A program made the translations under genes and the position numbers. Below are positions 24,619 through 36,047 of a stretch of 48,438 nucleotides of DNA, piece by piece. The stretch covers positions 1 to 48,438 of the forward strand of contig JAAPAO010000240.1 of the NCBI GenBank assembly GCA_013115145.1, written 5' to 3'. Positions within the stretch are counted from its first letter, which is position 1. Each line of letters begins with the position of its first letter. The notes below the pieces were generated by a model. It worked only from the letters and a program-made list of their open reading frames with translations, had not been told where the DNA came from and ran no database searches. This DNA is from Perkinsus chesapeaki ATCC PRA-425. Lineage: Eukaryota; Protista; Perkinsozoa.

Positions 24619-25740
24619 TGGTCCAACTCCGAGCCGGAATGGGCCACTCCTGCCTTGAACCGACGCTCACTAGTCTGCGGCGCTGCGTTAACGTGAAGAC
24701 GGGAATTGATCGATTTGGTTTACACTATCATTACACAAGTCACTGTTACAAAGTATCTACCTTATATTCGCGAAACTTTACGAGAAACGTAAATTTAGTG
24801 GATTTGCCTAAGAAAAATTCACGCACCTTAATTACGTAATGAATGCGATATCCTCCTGACTATTGAGGAGGTTTTCACTCTCGACAATTCAGACCTTCTC
24901 AGCTACAAAGTATCTGCTTTCTACAAGCTACAGTATCATCTGAATAATGATCTCATTGATTGATTCGACTAACAAATTACCGTTCACCGATCTTGTCTTA
25001 ATCACTCGAAAATCGATTCACTGCGTATAAACTAGCCATCACACCTGACTGCCAACCTGGCCATTTCAGACGCTCTTCCACCGCTGCCGAGTCAGCCACC
25101 ACAACCGGTGTCGCTGTCAAGTTCTTCAGTGCCAACAATCAACAGTCCGCCTGTTGTTAGCACTCTCGATGAGGACGCAACTGTGGGAGTTATAGCTCAG
25201 GTTTGGGAATTATGGGAAAAAGAAGCTAGTCACCTAAACTAAAATCGTAAAGCCTTTTTCCTCTGCAACATATGTCGATTGACCGAATGAATCTATTGTA
25301 GCGCTGCCCTGAGGCAACCTTTCTTGTAAAAAAGTAAGGTCTCGTTTGGTGAGCATAGCGCTACAGCTAGGTCTTGCCGTTTCCCAAATCAATCTGAGTT
25401 GTAGGATTGCCGCGAGTTGGCGATGCAGTGTTTGAGTATCCTGTGCGCACGGGATCAAAAACGAATGAGGCAGCTGAGACACTGTGATGGTGTTAAGCTC
25501 ATCACGAGGCAGTTGCAAAGGTAAGTATCTCAGCCAACTCCGATACCGAGAAGACCTTTGTTAAGTTCCAGCAACTTTTTAAACCCAATTATCTTTTACT
25601 GTAAGTGCAAGATCGTGCATTGTAGAGAGCGTTCGCGCAGGATTCACATTACCCTTGAATATCATTTATCACGAGTCTCAAGCGGTTAAATTCTCATCTC
25701 GCCTAGAAAGTTTTTCCGCGGGATTCGGGTTTGGGTCGGG
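24619..25740 (+). mobile_element. Possible LTR-retrotransposon relic (PBS-like site plus decayed gag-like frame)
   Basis: TGGTCCaacTCCGAGCCGGAAT resembles the complement of a tRNA-Tyr 3' end (TGGTCCTTCGAGCCGGAAT). A stop-riddled downstream frame has a Pro/Ser linker. No upstream LTR ending in CA was found. Confidence 0.3.
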
Positions 25741-26173
25741 GCAACTATGACTTGTTGATTACTAGACGAACATTAACCAAAACCTGAATATATTCACGAA
25801 ATGAATAACCGAATGTGACGTACAATGCTCCTCGTGGAGGTATTCTTCTGGGAGGGAGCCCATACCGGCGCCTTCGACCACCTGGAGATTTGCTGATGAT
25901 GAGGAGAATGATGGTGATGTTGACGGGACGTAAGTAGAGTAGGCTCTGCAATATCGATTTGTTATCTACTTGGGCACAACTTAGAAAGCTCTGAAGCAAT
26001 CGAGACGTCTTTCATTGGGCCGGGATTCGCCCGGCATAATATGCAATGCTGAGGGTTCTCAACACTGTACGTTTGCACTTGGAGCAATATTAGTATTCTC
26101 GGGGATGCCGAACTTCGAGTAACTGAGGGAATGATTATCAAAAGCTGAGATATAGTCCAAAAAACGCCACTGA

Positions 26174-26755
26174 TTGAGACAACTATGTCCTTTCTATTCA
26201 CTTGCTATTGCATATGTATATATACGTCTCAGATGGTTCGGCGTTATATACATAAGTGTTACTAAGATGTCTTATGTATATGCACGCTTCAGGTTATCCA
26301 TGGGCATCTGCGCAGTTGATTGCGTGTGGAGCTGCATAGTCGGGAGCAAGAAGTCTGAGGAGAGCTTCATCATCAATTACAACGGTGTTGGTCATCTTTT
26401 GGAATGCTTCGAAGTTGCGCCACGAGTATTAAAAAGACAAGTAACAGGACCACAGCACTGCGAGCATGATGGGTATTCTTGTCAGATATTGGGATGTGTA
26501 AGTGACTTACTCAACAACTGCAGGTTCGCTCGACATCAGTTCCTACAGTGGAACTCTCCGGTGAGTTTTCACGATTATGTTAGGTATTCGTGTAGGAAAT
26601 CCTATCTAGTAGCTAAAGGCGATAGAATTGAGCACCGTCTGCCGGGCCCCGGCGGTCTGGTCGCCAAAATGAGGGCTGTCGATTCACATGCGTTACATAG
26701 TGAAACTTATTGGAAATTTGAACTAGCTGGAACTGTAAGGACAGGTAACTCTTAA
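26174..26755 (+). CDS. Hypothetical ORF (193 aa)
   Basis: Supported by ORF length only. No recognised motif. Confidence 0.3.
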   Translation: MRQLCPFYSLAIAYVYIRLRWFGVIYISVTKMSYVYARFRLSMGICAVDCVWSCIVGSKKSEESFIINYNGVGHLLECFEVAPRVLKRQVTGPQHCEHDGYSCQILGCVSDLLNNCRFARHQFLQWNSPVSFHDYVRYSCRKSYLVAKGDRIEHRLPGPGGLVAKMRAVDSHALHSETYWKFELAGTVRTGNS

Positions 26756-27148
26756 GAGTGCTGTGAAGCTGTTATTGGAATTACTCATCCGTGAACAAAA
26801 AGCTGTTGGAGCGATCGATGTAGATGGAACCATGATCGATGTGTAGGTGGAGAGGAATCTCTGTATCCTATACGTATAGGTTATGTTGAAAGAAGTATTA
26901 ATTGTCAATACTTATCTCGACTACTTATTATTCTGTGTAGATTTGACAATATTAATATTTATTGCTTATATACGGTAAATATCTGATTTTTATTCTAACA
27001 TGTGCTTGCATTAGAAAAATGCACGCACAGTAGAAACATTGCGTAGCGGTTACTGGTCTGACTTATCCCAGTGTTGGTGTAGGTCGAGAACCCAAAAGAC
27101 CGTATTGTCTCCGTCACCGTGTCTAACATCAAAGCATGAGGAATAATA

Positions 27149-28840
27149 TTGTGTATACTGCATTGCTTGCTAAGGGCAAAATATACATTTGCCGGAATAA
27201 CTTCTTTGTTTCGCAGATGTCGGCCATGGAATCCCATAGGGGAATCTGATCTCGTTGGAGAGGAAAGCAAAAGTGATTCTAATGAGAACGAAGGCAAGGA
27301 AAATATGAGTAGGGACCTGGAAACTCGCAGAAATATCATCGTGGACGGCTGCTGTCCAATGGAATTAGTGACCGGACTCTCGGTCATATGTATATGAAGA
27401 TAGGGTTATTTAGTAGGCTATAGTCCGACTGGAGTGATTCCCCAATGAGCTGAATCGAACTACAGCCGTCTAAGTCAATGGAATTTTGACTATTCAGTCA
27501 AAGCTCCAAGAGAGCTGATCATTGCGCAAACTTCTTAGACCTCCTAGACAGAAACTTCAGTCACTACCATCGTTTGGTTTAATTATTTTACTGTCTATCA
27601 GACACAGACGAGCCTTTCCAGAGCAGATCAGAGGGTGGTGGCTCACCAATGGTATTCTACACCGGCGACATGAATGATATGAGGATGAGGATATACTGCC
27701 TCTTGTCTGTTGCCGTAAGGCGGCTGTCTCCTCTGGTGTCCGCCGAAAGACAGGGTCGGTTCGCTGGAACTGAGTCATCTTTCTATCAACGTGAAATTAT
27801 TAGGGCACTACTGTCTGGATCAGCAACCATTCTTCTGAGAGGGGAAGTTGTAATCACCCAACCATTGGTTAGTTACCATTTCCATCCGGCCAGAATCATA
27901 ATGCATGCAATTTATAATGCATTAACACCGATAGATACATTACTAATCATCGAGGTATATAGAATAAAATAAGGGCTAAATTTTCCGACGAGTCTGTAGA
28001 ACTACCCGCATCCTGGCCTAGAAGGCATCTGTTGTAGATTGGCTTCAACAGTGTCGAGGAGACTGAGGCGACAGATCCTGCCAAGACCAGTACGGACAGT
28101 TTACAATCCAGTAAAGGGATGAAGTACAGCGTGTTGAAGAAGGAATTATTAACATTGAAGGAGAAGCAGCAATTGGAGGCCATCAGGCTCTATCCCGAAC
28201 TTCGAGAGCTGGAGCTTTGGCAGGTGGGCCGGCGTGACTAGAATATTTCCACCATTTTAGAAGTTGTTTGTGTTTGGTGGATTTACGTTGAACTGTGAGT
28301 GTGAAATCGCTGTTGGTTTCATTCCCGTATTCATTTGTTTGGGATCCGTGCGGCGCTTACTGAAATGAATACACATGTGTTCAACGAAGACTGGGAATAT
28401 GATTTAGTTAAATTGCTGCCATTATGGGGTTCCCTGCAGAAAAAGCCACTGTGGGAATCACATAGTGCCGAATCTATAGGGGGGAGCTTATTCGTTAATC
28501 TCAGGATTTACGGGACTTCCTGAAGGTCGGTGGCGCAATAGAGCCAGCGGTGGGAGATGTTAAATGGATTGAGGATAACATAGAAGTAAATTTGACGAGA
28601 AGCTGCTGGGCTAAGAACATACAAAAAGATATGCTCTTGGCTGAAGAGAAAGTAAGAAAGATGCACAGGTTCGATCCCCGGTCACGACATTTTCTGTGGG
28701 GAAGTTCGAGACTAATGCTACTTGGCTTTATACGACATTTCTTTATAACCTCACTGAGGCAGTTGAATATGTGTTTCGATAGAAATTTAATCTTACCCGA
28801 AGGTAGGGTGTTTCGGTGCCTCGTCAAGTGGCATTGTTAA
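27149..28840 (+). pseudogene. Degenerate multi-exon hypothetical gene
   Basis: Successive protein-like + segments with donor-like ends (ELELWQ|gtgggc) and internal stops. Confidence 0.35.
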
Positions 28841-29523
28841 TCCCTCCGGTTATCACAAGGAGAAATTCGGTTATTAGGCCGGAGCCCACGTAAATTCTCA
28901 CGCGCCACGAATTTCCAGGTGGTTACAGTAGCTTCTTTTGCAGCACCCTGTATTAATAATTCACGAATTCGTAGATTTGAATCGTACAACCGATGAAATC
29001 GATTCGCGTTCGGATCGGTTTAATAACGTGAACCCGCTTCGGTCCTGGCTCATGCCATTTGTGCGACGGCGCAGCACAGAGATAGTTCTTCCTCCTGCTC
29101 CCTCAAAATTTCTGAATGATTTCCAAAGGGTCCACTTTGAGCCTTTCTGTGGGTTATGGCGTGGGGGTTCGGAGAATCGGGGGACAGGAATTGTGTCACA
29201 CAACGCAGCCTTACAGCCATTCCAACGCTACTGCGGTGAGCCCTCCCGCCCGCGCAGTTATTCGGTAATGCTTCAACCGTCACTGCCATAGTCACCCCTT
29301 GGCCGCATAAATCGCTGAGGATTTTGCCACGGTGACTTGTTGCTCAGGCGGAGTTTGCGGACATGCTGATGAGCATAGAAAGCCAGGTGTCGGCAGAGGG
29401 CGCGGGTTCGATCCCCAGCTAAGGCATTTCATGACGGTGTGTTATTAAACGTGCGTTGTGTTACGATCGACGTCGCTCCGCCTAATGATGCGCGTGCGTG
29501 CAAAGGGTGTTGTATAAACTATC

Positions 29524-30366
29524 ATGCCATCGCGCCAAGACGATCCTCTGGCATGTCACTTGTCGACTGCTGCAGGGCAGCATTTGGGTATAAGATACTC
29601 CGACACCTACAGTGATAGTGAGCTCATGCTACTGGAGCTGCCTGAAGGGTTGGAGGTGGGCGTGAAGGAGGGGCAGGAGAAGAGGATACTCGTTGTGAAA
29701 GGTAAGTGAGCATGGGGAAATCTTCTGAGGCTTCTTCCATTAGGGAAAATATCTCCCATGAACCTCCGCACTAGGGACGCCTTTCCACTCGTCGATTAAT
29801 ACATTCCTATTTGGTGGGCCGCGGGATGTTGGGAAGTAAATTCTTGAAAATTCGTGAATTCTAGAATACACTGTGACGGCTCAGAGAGCTGAATGTCCCT
29901 CAACCGACCGACAACGACTAACGAGCTTGTGTTTGGTCGACCTCTCCAACATATCGAACAAGCATTCTTATTACTGATGCTATCGGCTTTGGTAGCCGGA
30001 GGAAATGGGGAAGGTATGGCAGTTTTCTTTAGGGGGCCACAGTGATGGGGCAGTTGCGTGTATAGAAGGGCGCTCTTACGAAGTCAAGTCGCTGAACAAC
30101 TCCAATTCGCGTCTGATATGCCGGTGAGAGATGCCGACTGTGGAGCGGTAAGTCGATCTTAGGCTTGAGGATGGCAGGATTAATGTTGAGTGCAACCAGC
30201 AGGACATGTTCGTATTGGAGCCTATCGCGCCGAGGATCAATGAAGCTGCGGTGAGGATCGACCGTGCGGTGCTTGAGGGAGGATGTGTATCGTTATTTAT
30301 AAAGAATGAGTTGCAACAGATGAGCAGCTGCTGGAGCAGTTGTCGATGCTTTCCTCGGTCGAACTG
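29524..30366 (+). CDS. dcc1: DCC1-like (Ctf18-RFC subunit) gene, N-terminal part only
   Basis: Introns 29702-30032 and 30124-30162 give in-frame LMLLELPEG..ILVVKG|GHSDGAVACIEGRSYEVKSLNNSNSRLIC R|LEDG..FVLEPIAPRI. This follows the DCC1 pattern LLEL..L.I+G..AVLC..TY.+K..SN.L. No C-terminal winged-helix part is visible. Confidence 0.65.
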
Positions 30367-30697
30367 TAGGTTTGGTAAGGGGCAAAATTGAAAATGCTCC
30401 CATGGAAAAATGGTAAAAAGTGTTGAGGAACGCACCTGTGAAACTGTACAGTACTTTTGGTATCAACTAAATACTATTTAAGTTCAAATGGAATTAAGTA
30501 CGAATTGTCTGTTTCAGTCTATTAACATATGTAGGAGATGAATTCAAAGACATTATAGATCCTTTCGAAGTTGAAAGGGTTGTTCGGTGATCAGATAGCA
30601 TCGGTTCTCGAGAGTGATAATGTTGACGGAGTGTCAGACAGGAAGCGATTGAAATGCGAGCTGCAAGCGAGCGACGAGGAGGTAAATGAGGGAGAAG

Positions 30698-30769
30698 AGG
30701 TTCTACCGGGATTTGAACCCAGATAGCCAGATTCAGAGTCTGGAGTGCTAACCGTTACACCATAGAACC
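30698..30769 (-). tRNA. tRNA-Gln(CTG)
   Basis: GGTTCTATGGTGTAACGGTTAGCACTCCAGACTCTGAATCTGGCTATCTGGGTTCAAATCCCGGTAGAACCT. Paired acceptor GGTTCTA/TAGAACC, anticodon arm CCAGA-CTCTGAA-TCTGG, T loop TTCAAAT. Confidence 0.97.
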
Positions 30770-30849
30770 GGCTGTTTTCATACAATCCAATGCCGACCCG
30801 TGCAACCTGAGTTTATTTCAGTTGGACATTACTAGCTTTATCACTTTGT

Positions 30850-31800
30850 GTTTCAGATTGATGCTTTTATCGATGCCCCTGAATCCAATATTGTAGCTGA
30901 CGAGGAAGGCAGACTGATTGTTATGGATGAGAACTACATAGTAGAGGCTTTGGATCTGGTACGTGTCCGGGCGGAGGCCGTCCGACTTTCACGGGTGCAC
31001 AGCCGGTTCTTGGAATTAGTTTCTGTCTGGGTTTTGAAGGTATACAGAGTGTACGGAACTTCCGCTGCAAAGCTCATGCGGCATACCACAATTAACGAGG
31101 GAAAGATAGTAGTCGTGGAAGTTGTTGATGTAGATGTGGTGTAGATGTAGATTGTTCAATGTAGTGTATCATCGAATAAACTGTGAAACGAAATCTATAA
31201 AAATTTCATTCATATGGAAGAGGGTCGTAATTCCAAGTACTTGAACTTTTGTGTGTATCTCTTGTCTCCAGGTTCTCTCAGTTCTCCCCGAGTGTTGTGA
31301 GGAGGCAGATGAAGGTGGTCGCATCAGTGTAGATGTTGAGGAGTGCTGGCAGAGCTTGGACTCTGTGTGTGAGGCTGAGGTGAGGGACGCTGCTTCGATG
31401 TGTTCTCGTGCTCATTTCGTAACCATGATCTGTCGAATGCGTATGATCGATTTTATAGTCTCAGTGGAAGTAGTTGACTTTTCTTGAATGCTATTTTATA
31501 TCTTCTCATCTTCAGGGTCGCCAAACACCGGCATTGTGCATAGTTGCACGCCTCCTTGCCACAGTGGCGACAGACGAAACGGCTAAGTCGAAGACAAGCG
31601 TCGACCTGGACGAAGGGAAAACGCGGGTTGCTCGAGCTACTCAGATCATCTGCCAGCGAAGGGAACTCAGTCTTAGGGAATTCGACCACTTGTTCACGTA
31701 CGGCTTCCTGGTCGGATTTTGGGAGCGCTGTTGTGTAGGCAAGCTGTGGCGAACACAATAGGATGTAGAGTGGATGAAGGGGAAGAGAGGGATGAGGAAA
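30850..31800 (-). mobile_element. Decayed LTR-retrotransposon gag-protease remnant
   Basis: Zinc-knuckle-like CRHCGKEACNYAQC (31531-31572; His replaced by Cys), then a low-complexity linker, then the retropepsin motif ILDSGAS (30871-30891), in gag-to-protease order. Confidence 0.65.
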
Positions 31801-33956
31801 AAATAAGGGAATTGATATATTCGATGGTTAGGGATAAGGTCGTTGTTGATGATGGTGTATCACCTGCTGTGGTGAAGTATATTGATAGGTAAGGAGGGGA
31901 AGGATTTATAGAAGTTGACATCGCCTAACACTATTTACCTCGTTGATGTACCTACATTGATGGACTTACTATACTGATATGATGTATTAGTTTAAATGTA
32001 TGCTTATTTATGGAGACACATCGTACAACGATCTACTCTAGTACTGAATATTACGTAATGATATTATAATAATTAATAGTATCTACGAGTTAATAATAAT
32101 ATATTATCGGGAAGTGTACCGTCACTTACACTATTTCACTGAACAACTATTACCACTAATATTAAGTATTATAATAATAGAGTAGCTCCAATAGTGAGTA
32201 GATAGATGTATTGGATGATATTGTAGATGAGATATTATAAGCCTAATGAGTATGTATATCACATATGCGGTAAATATAATAAGGAATAAGCTCCATGAGT
32301 GTAATGAATTGAAAATAGTGCATTGAATTGTAATGAAAACTCCATTGATGTACTATCAACTATTATGTTGTTATGTTTCGCGAAGAGCGGAAATTTTATT
32401 TTCCTATTTTTATTGCCGGGAATTTCATTTTTTTACGGAAATGTAACGGAAATTTTTGGCATGAATTTTTTTTTCCGAGCGGCGGTTTGCTACTGAGGAC
32501 ATACCTTCTCGGGCTCTGCTGCAAGTGGAGTGACTCAGGTCATCTCTCCCATCGGAGCCACGAGCTCGTATGAAGGTGCTCCTCAGCCTGAGGAAGTACT
32601 GGGATTCGGATTCCCTGAGTCGATGGATAAAGGACGTAAGCTCCACCGGGAAGGGCGTACTACTCTGGAGTTTCCGGTTACTGGGATATTCTTCCGCGAG
32701 AAAAGTTTGAGAACCTCTCCTGGATTTTCACATCTTTCCTGGGATGGTGTTGCTCTGGTATGAAAGTATTATATCGCTGGGTCCTAGTGGGGGGGGGGCA
32801 GCTCCGAGCGTCAATTTTGTACCTTGTTTATCTCCAAGAAAATCGGAAATTTTATTAGAGTAGAAATCCGACTTGTTGATTCCCAGAATCTGCACTGGAA
32901 CTGTCTGGAGTCGCTGATCCTTTCATGGGGAGGGGATGTAAGCCAAGCACCCAATTGTTCATTGGCTGGACGAGTATTTCGCGACCAGTAAAGGGTACAT
33001 CGGTAACCTACACAGTGTGTTCTGCACCCAAGAGATAAAGAGAGAAAAACTGAGAAAACGTGGAAAGTAAAGCGTAGAGTGTGAACTGAGGAAGGCAGGC
33101 GGACACATCACAAAGCCTATATTCCATCTAGATATACTTCGCCAACCTTACTTCCTATCAGGAAGCAGTTTCTGATGGGAACTGGCGGGGGCTTCATTGA
33201 AAAAGAGACGAATTTCAGCAAAGGTGGATTTGAAGATAAATTGAATATTTTTGTAGGGTTATAATACTGCTTAGTTACGTGATCTCGCTGACAGAAAGCA
33301 GCAATGGGAAGAATTATGTCGCCAGTTGGATTCTGCAATGTCGTCTTCCCCGCTGTCCACCTGCGGTTCCGTGACTCGAGCTCGCTCTTTCATTGTTAAG
33401 CTAGTACGCGGACCACGAACAGTTAGTATTCAGTCAATAATTTATACTCCACTACTCATCAAACTTTATGAATGTATATTCGTTATCTTCTTTATTGCTA
33501 GGTTCTCCCCCCAACCGTTCGAGTCGATACGTTCCTAATGAAGTGTTGCCGTCGTGTCGTGGTTAATGATGGTATCACCGGCGTAGAAGAGAATCGATAT
33601 TGCTCTAAGTTTTAATACAATTAACATGCAGTATAATTTTCATAGACCATTTTCGGTGTTAAGTTCTTGTGGGACAGCGGCTAGCGGCCACTTGTGTGGG
33701 CTAGGGGGTGCCGCCGCCGACTTTGGAAAATTGCAGGAACTGTTTGAGAAAGTTCTATACAACTTTTTATTGGGATAACGAAGATGGTTATGAAACTCGG
33801 AAAGGTTTTGAGTAAGAAATTATAAGTACATCCGAGGACACAGGACCGATGCAATTACACTTCTGGTTGAGTTTTGAAAAATTCACCTGAAAAGTCGAGC
33901 TCCCTGGATTCGAACGCGCGCCAGTCAATTCTCTCCTCAGTTACGTAACCTGTTCT

Positions 33957-35333
33957 ATGCCGAATCGCCCAACGTACACACGCCTGACCGACAGGCCATC
34001 CGACTCGTTTGATGGGGCCAGCGGCGGCGAAAGCAGCAGCAGCAGAGACTCTAAAACCAAGAAGCTCCTCCTGGTGTACGCTATCGTCTTCATCGATTTC
34101 GTTGGTGTATCTATTTTTACAAATGTGATGCCTATTCTGGTCGATCCCTCCCTTCCATCCTGTCTCTACGGTATGGGCACCCTCGACCAAGGCACAGCTT
34201 ACTCTATACTCATGTTCTTCTACACCTTCGGAATGCTGTTCTCACCACCGTTGTTTGGGAAGCTCTCCGACATGTACGGTCGACGGCCTCTGCTGTTGGT
34301 GTCCATAATAGGCCTCACTATTGCCTACGCCCTACAAGCGGTCGCCCTCAACTTCTGGGTCTTTGCAGCTGTCAGATTTCTCATCGGGTTGCTAGGTGGT
34401 GGTCGCCCAGTGGCCAGTGCGTATATCTGTGATCTCACCAAGAACGGCGATGAGCAGATCCGGGCCCTCGCGTGGATGAACATGGCACCGGCGCTCTCCT
34501 TCGCCATTGGCCCACCCCTTGGTGGTCTACTGGTTGGTCTCTGCGGTCCGATGTCTCCTCCAGCGTTCGTGGCCATACTGGCGTTGGTGGTGTCTGTATT
34601 GAGCTGGAGGCACTTGGCCGAGGTGACGCCAGGACAGCCAGAGACGCTAACACTTCCCGGAGATACTTCATTTGCGATGTCGAACCGGCGGCGGTCGAGT
34701 GACAGATTTATGTACTCGCTGGTGTTCACTCTGGCGTTGCTGTCCAACTGCATGTACATGACAGACTTCCTCAACTTCCCTTTAGTGCTTAAAGACGAAT
34801 TTGGTTTCTCCCCATTTCTGGCCGGTGCGACCGGCATTGGTGATGGCATCCTTGTGTTCGTCGGTAACTGGATGTACATGGTTTTGGCGACCAATTTGAA
34901 GATCAGAGTTTCTGTGATAGCCTTCTGGGCGTGTGCCTCCTATACCGTATCTGCCTTCGCCCCTCTATGCTTCCACAGTATAGTCGGTCTTCTCATCGTT
35001 AAGTACATAGTGGCCTTGGCCGGTCCTCTGATCTTCGGCACGCTACCGCAGCTTGTTGCCACCATATCGCCTCCTGGTCGAGGCGGCGAGTTCATGGGGT
35101 ACTTCAATTTCTTTTTAAGTATCGGTAACCTTATACCAACTCCGTGGGCCGGTCCAGTCTATGAGCACTGGGGCCATGGAGCCAACTTCTACATAGCAAC
35201 GGTTTTCTCTCTGCTCTGCGTTGTCGCCTTTATCCCATTAATCCCGATGTTAAAGCATTATGAGTGTCCCTCTTTGCGTAAAATGATTTCGCAGAGGATA
35301 ATGTCAACCCAGTCTCCGGTGGCGATGTGGTGA
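33957..35333 (+). CDS. Major facilitator superfamily transporter, DHA1/TetA-like (458 aa, intronless)
   Basis: About 12 hydrophobic segments, MFS motif A GKLSDMYGRRPLLL, RFLIG, antiporter motif C-like AIGPPLGGLL, and C-terminal WAGPVYE. Confidence 0.95.
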   Translation: MPNRPTYTRLTDRPSDSFDGASGGESSSSRDSKTKKLLLVYAIVFIDFVGVSIFTNVMPILVDPSLPSCLYGMGTLDQGTAYSILMFFYTFGMLFSPPLFGKLSDMYGRRPLLLVSIIGLTIAYALQAVALNFWVFAAVRFLIGLLGGGRPVASAYICDLTKNGDEQIRALAWMNMAPALSFAIGPPLGGLLVGLCGPMSPPAFVAILALVVSVLSWRHLAEVTPGQPETLTLPGDTSFAMSNRRRSSDRFMYSLVFTLALLSNCMYMTDFLNFPLVLKDEFGFSPFLAGATGIGDGILVFVGNWMYMVLATNLKIRVSVIAFWACASYTVSAFAPLCFHSIVGLLIVKYIVALAGPLIFGTLPQLVATISPPGRGGEFMGYFNFFLSIGNLIPTPWAGPVYEHWGHGANFYIATVFSLLCVVAFIPLIPMLKHYECPSLRKMISQRIMSTQSPVAMW

Positions 35334-36047
35334 GAACTACTCTGTATAATTATTTACTATAGTACCGAAGTCTATCGAACCATAGCACTTGCGGTATAAA
35401 CTCGTAAGGACCAAGGCCGCGGGTTCGAGCTGTCCTTCTCGAATGCATTATAACCCTGCCAGAGGTAATCTGGTTAATATTTCTCGTCTTGGTGTAAGAA
35501 ACATTTTTCCAGTCGAAAGTTGTAGAAGATGTTTCCATCATCAGGTTTTGTGTTAGTCACCAGTCACTGTGCTCTGTGCAAAATATGTGTGTGATTTTAT
35601 CGAGTCCATCGTCGAATATGTTTGACTGAAACAAGCACAGTATATGTATTAAATTATTCCGTATTATTCTCGGTTCAAGTTGCACATAGAAGGAATAGTC
35701 TAAGTCACTTCTGGACTTAACTGGAAAATAACCTCACACACACATGTTAGATCGTCCATCACGTTTCTGAGTTCGCACAAAGGCTTTTGACCTAACCTGC
35801 AAGGAACACGAGAAATAAGCCTATCGTTGATTTCTCATCAGTAGGAGACTTCAACGGTCGAAATCGAACCGGCTACCTATAAAACAAACTTGGTTTTCAG
35901 TGTCGACGGTGGTGTAAGCCCACTAGGCGGACTAATATATGGAAAAATTGAATTGTCCTTGGTCGACACGCGACGCACTAGAAGGATCTGAAACGGTCGG
36001 GCGCGGCTGCCGCTTTTCTGCCTTTGGTACTCGTGTCACCACTTGTG

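Noticed and set aside
32540-32700. RMKVLLSLRKYW..WIKDV as an integrase zinc-binding remnant
   Set aside because: His/Cys ligands are absent and no DDE core follows.
34325-34894. 189-aa minus ORF and other ORFs overlapping the MFS and CKWW genes
   Set aside because: Shadow ORFs of GC-richer coding sequence, with no motifs.
35350-35541. TFDWKNVSYT resembling an ABCG transporter N-terminus
   Set aside because: No Walker A or further ABC sequence follows, so the match is too short to call.
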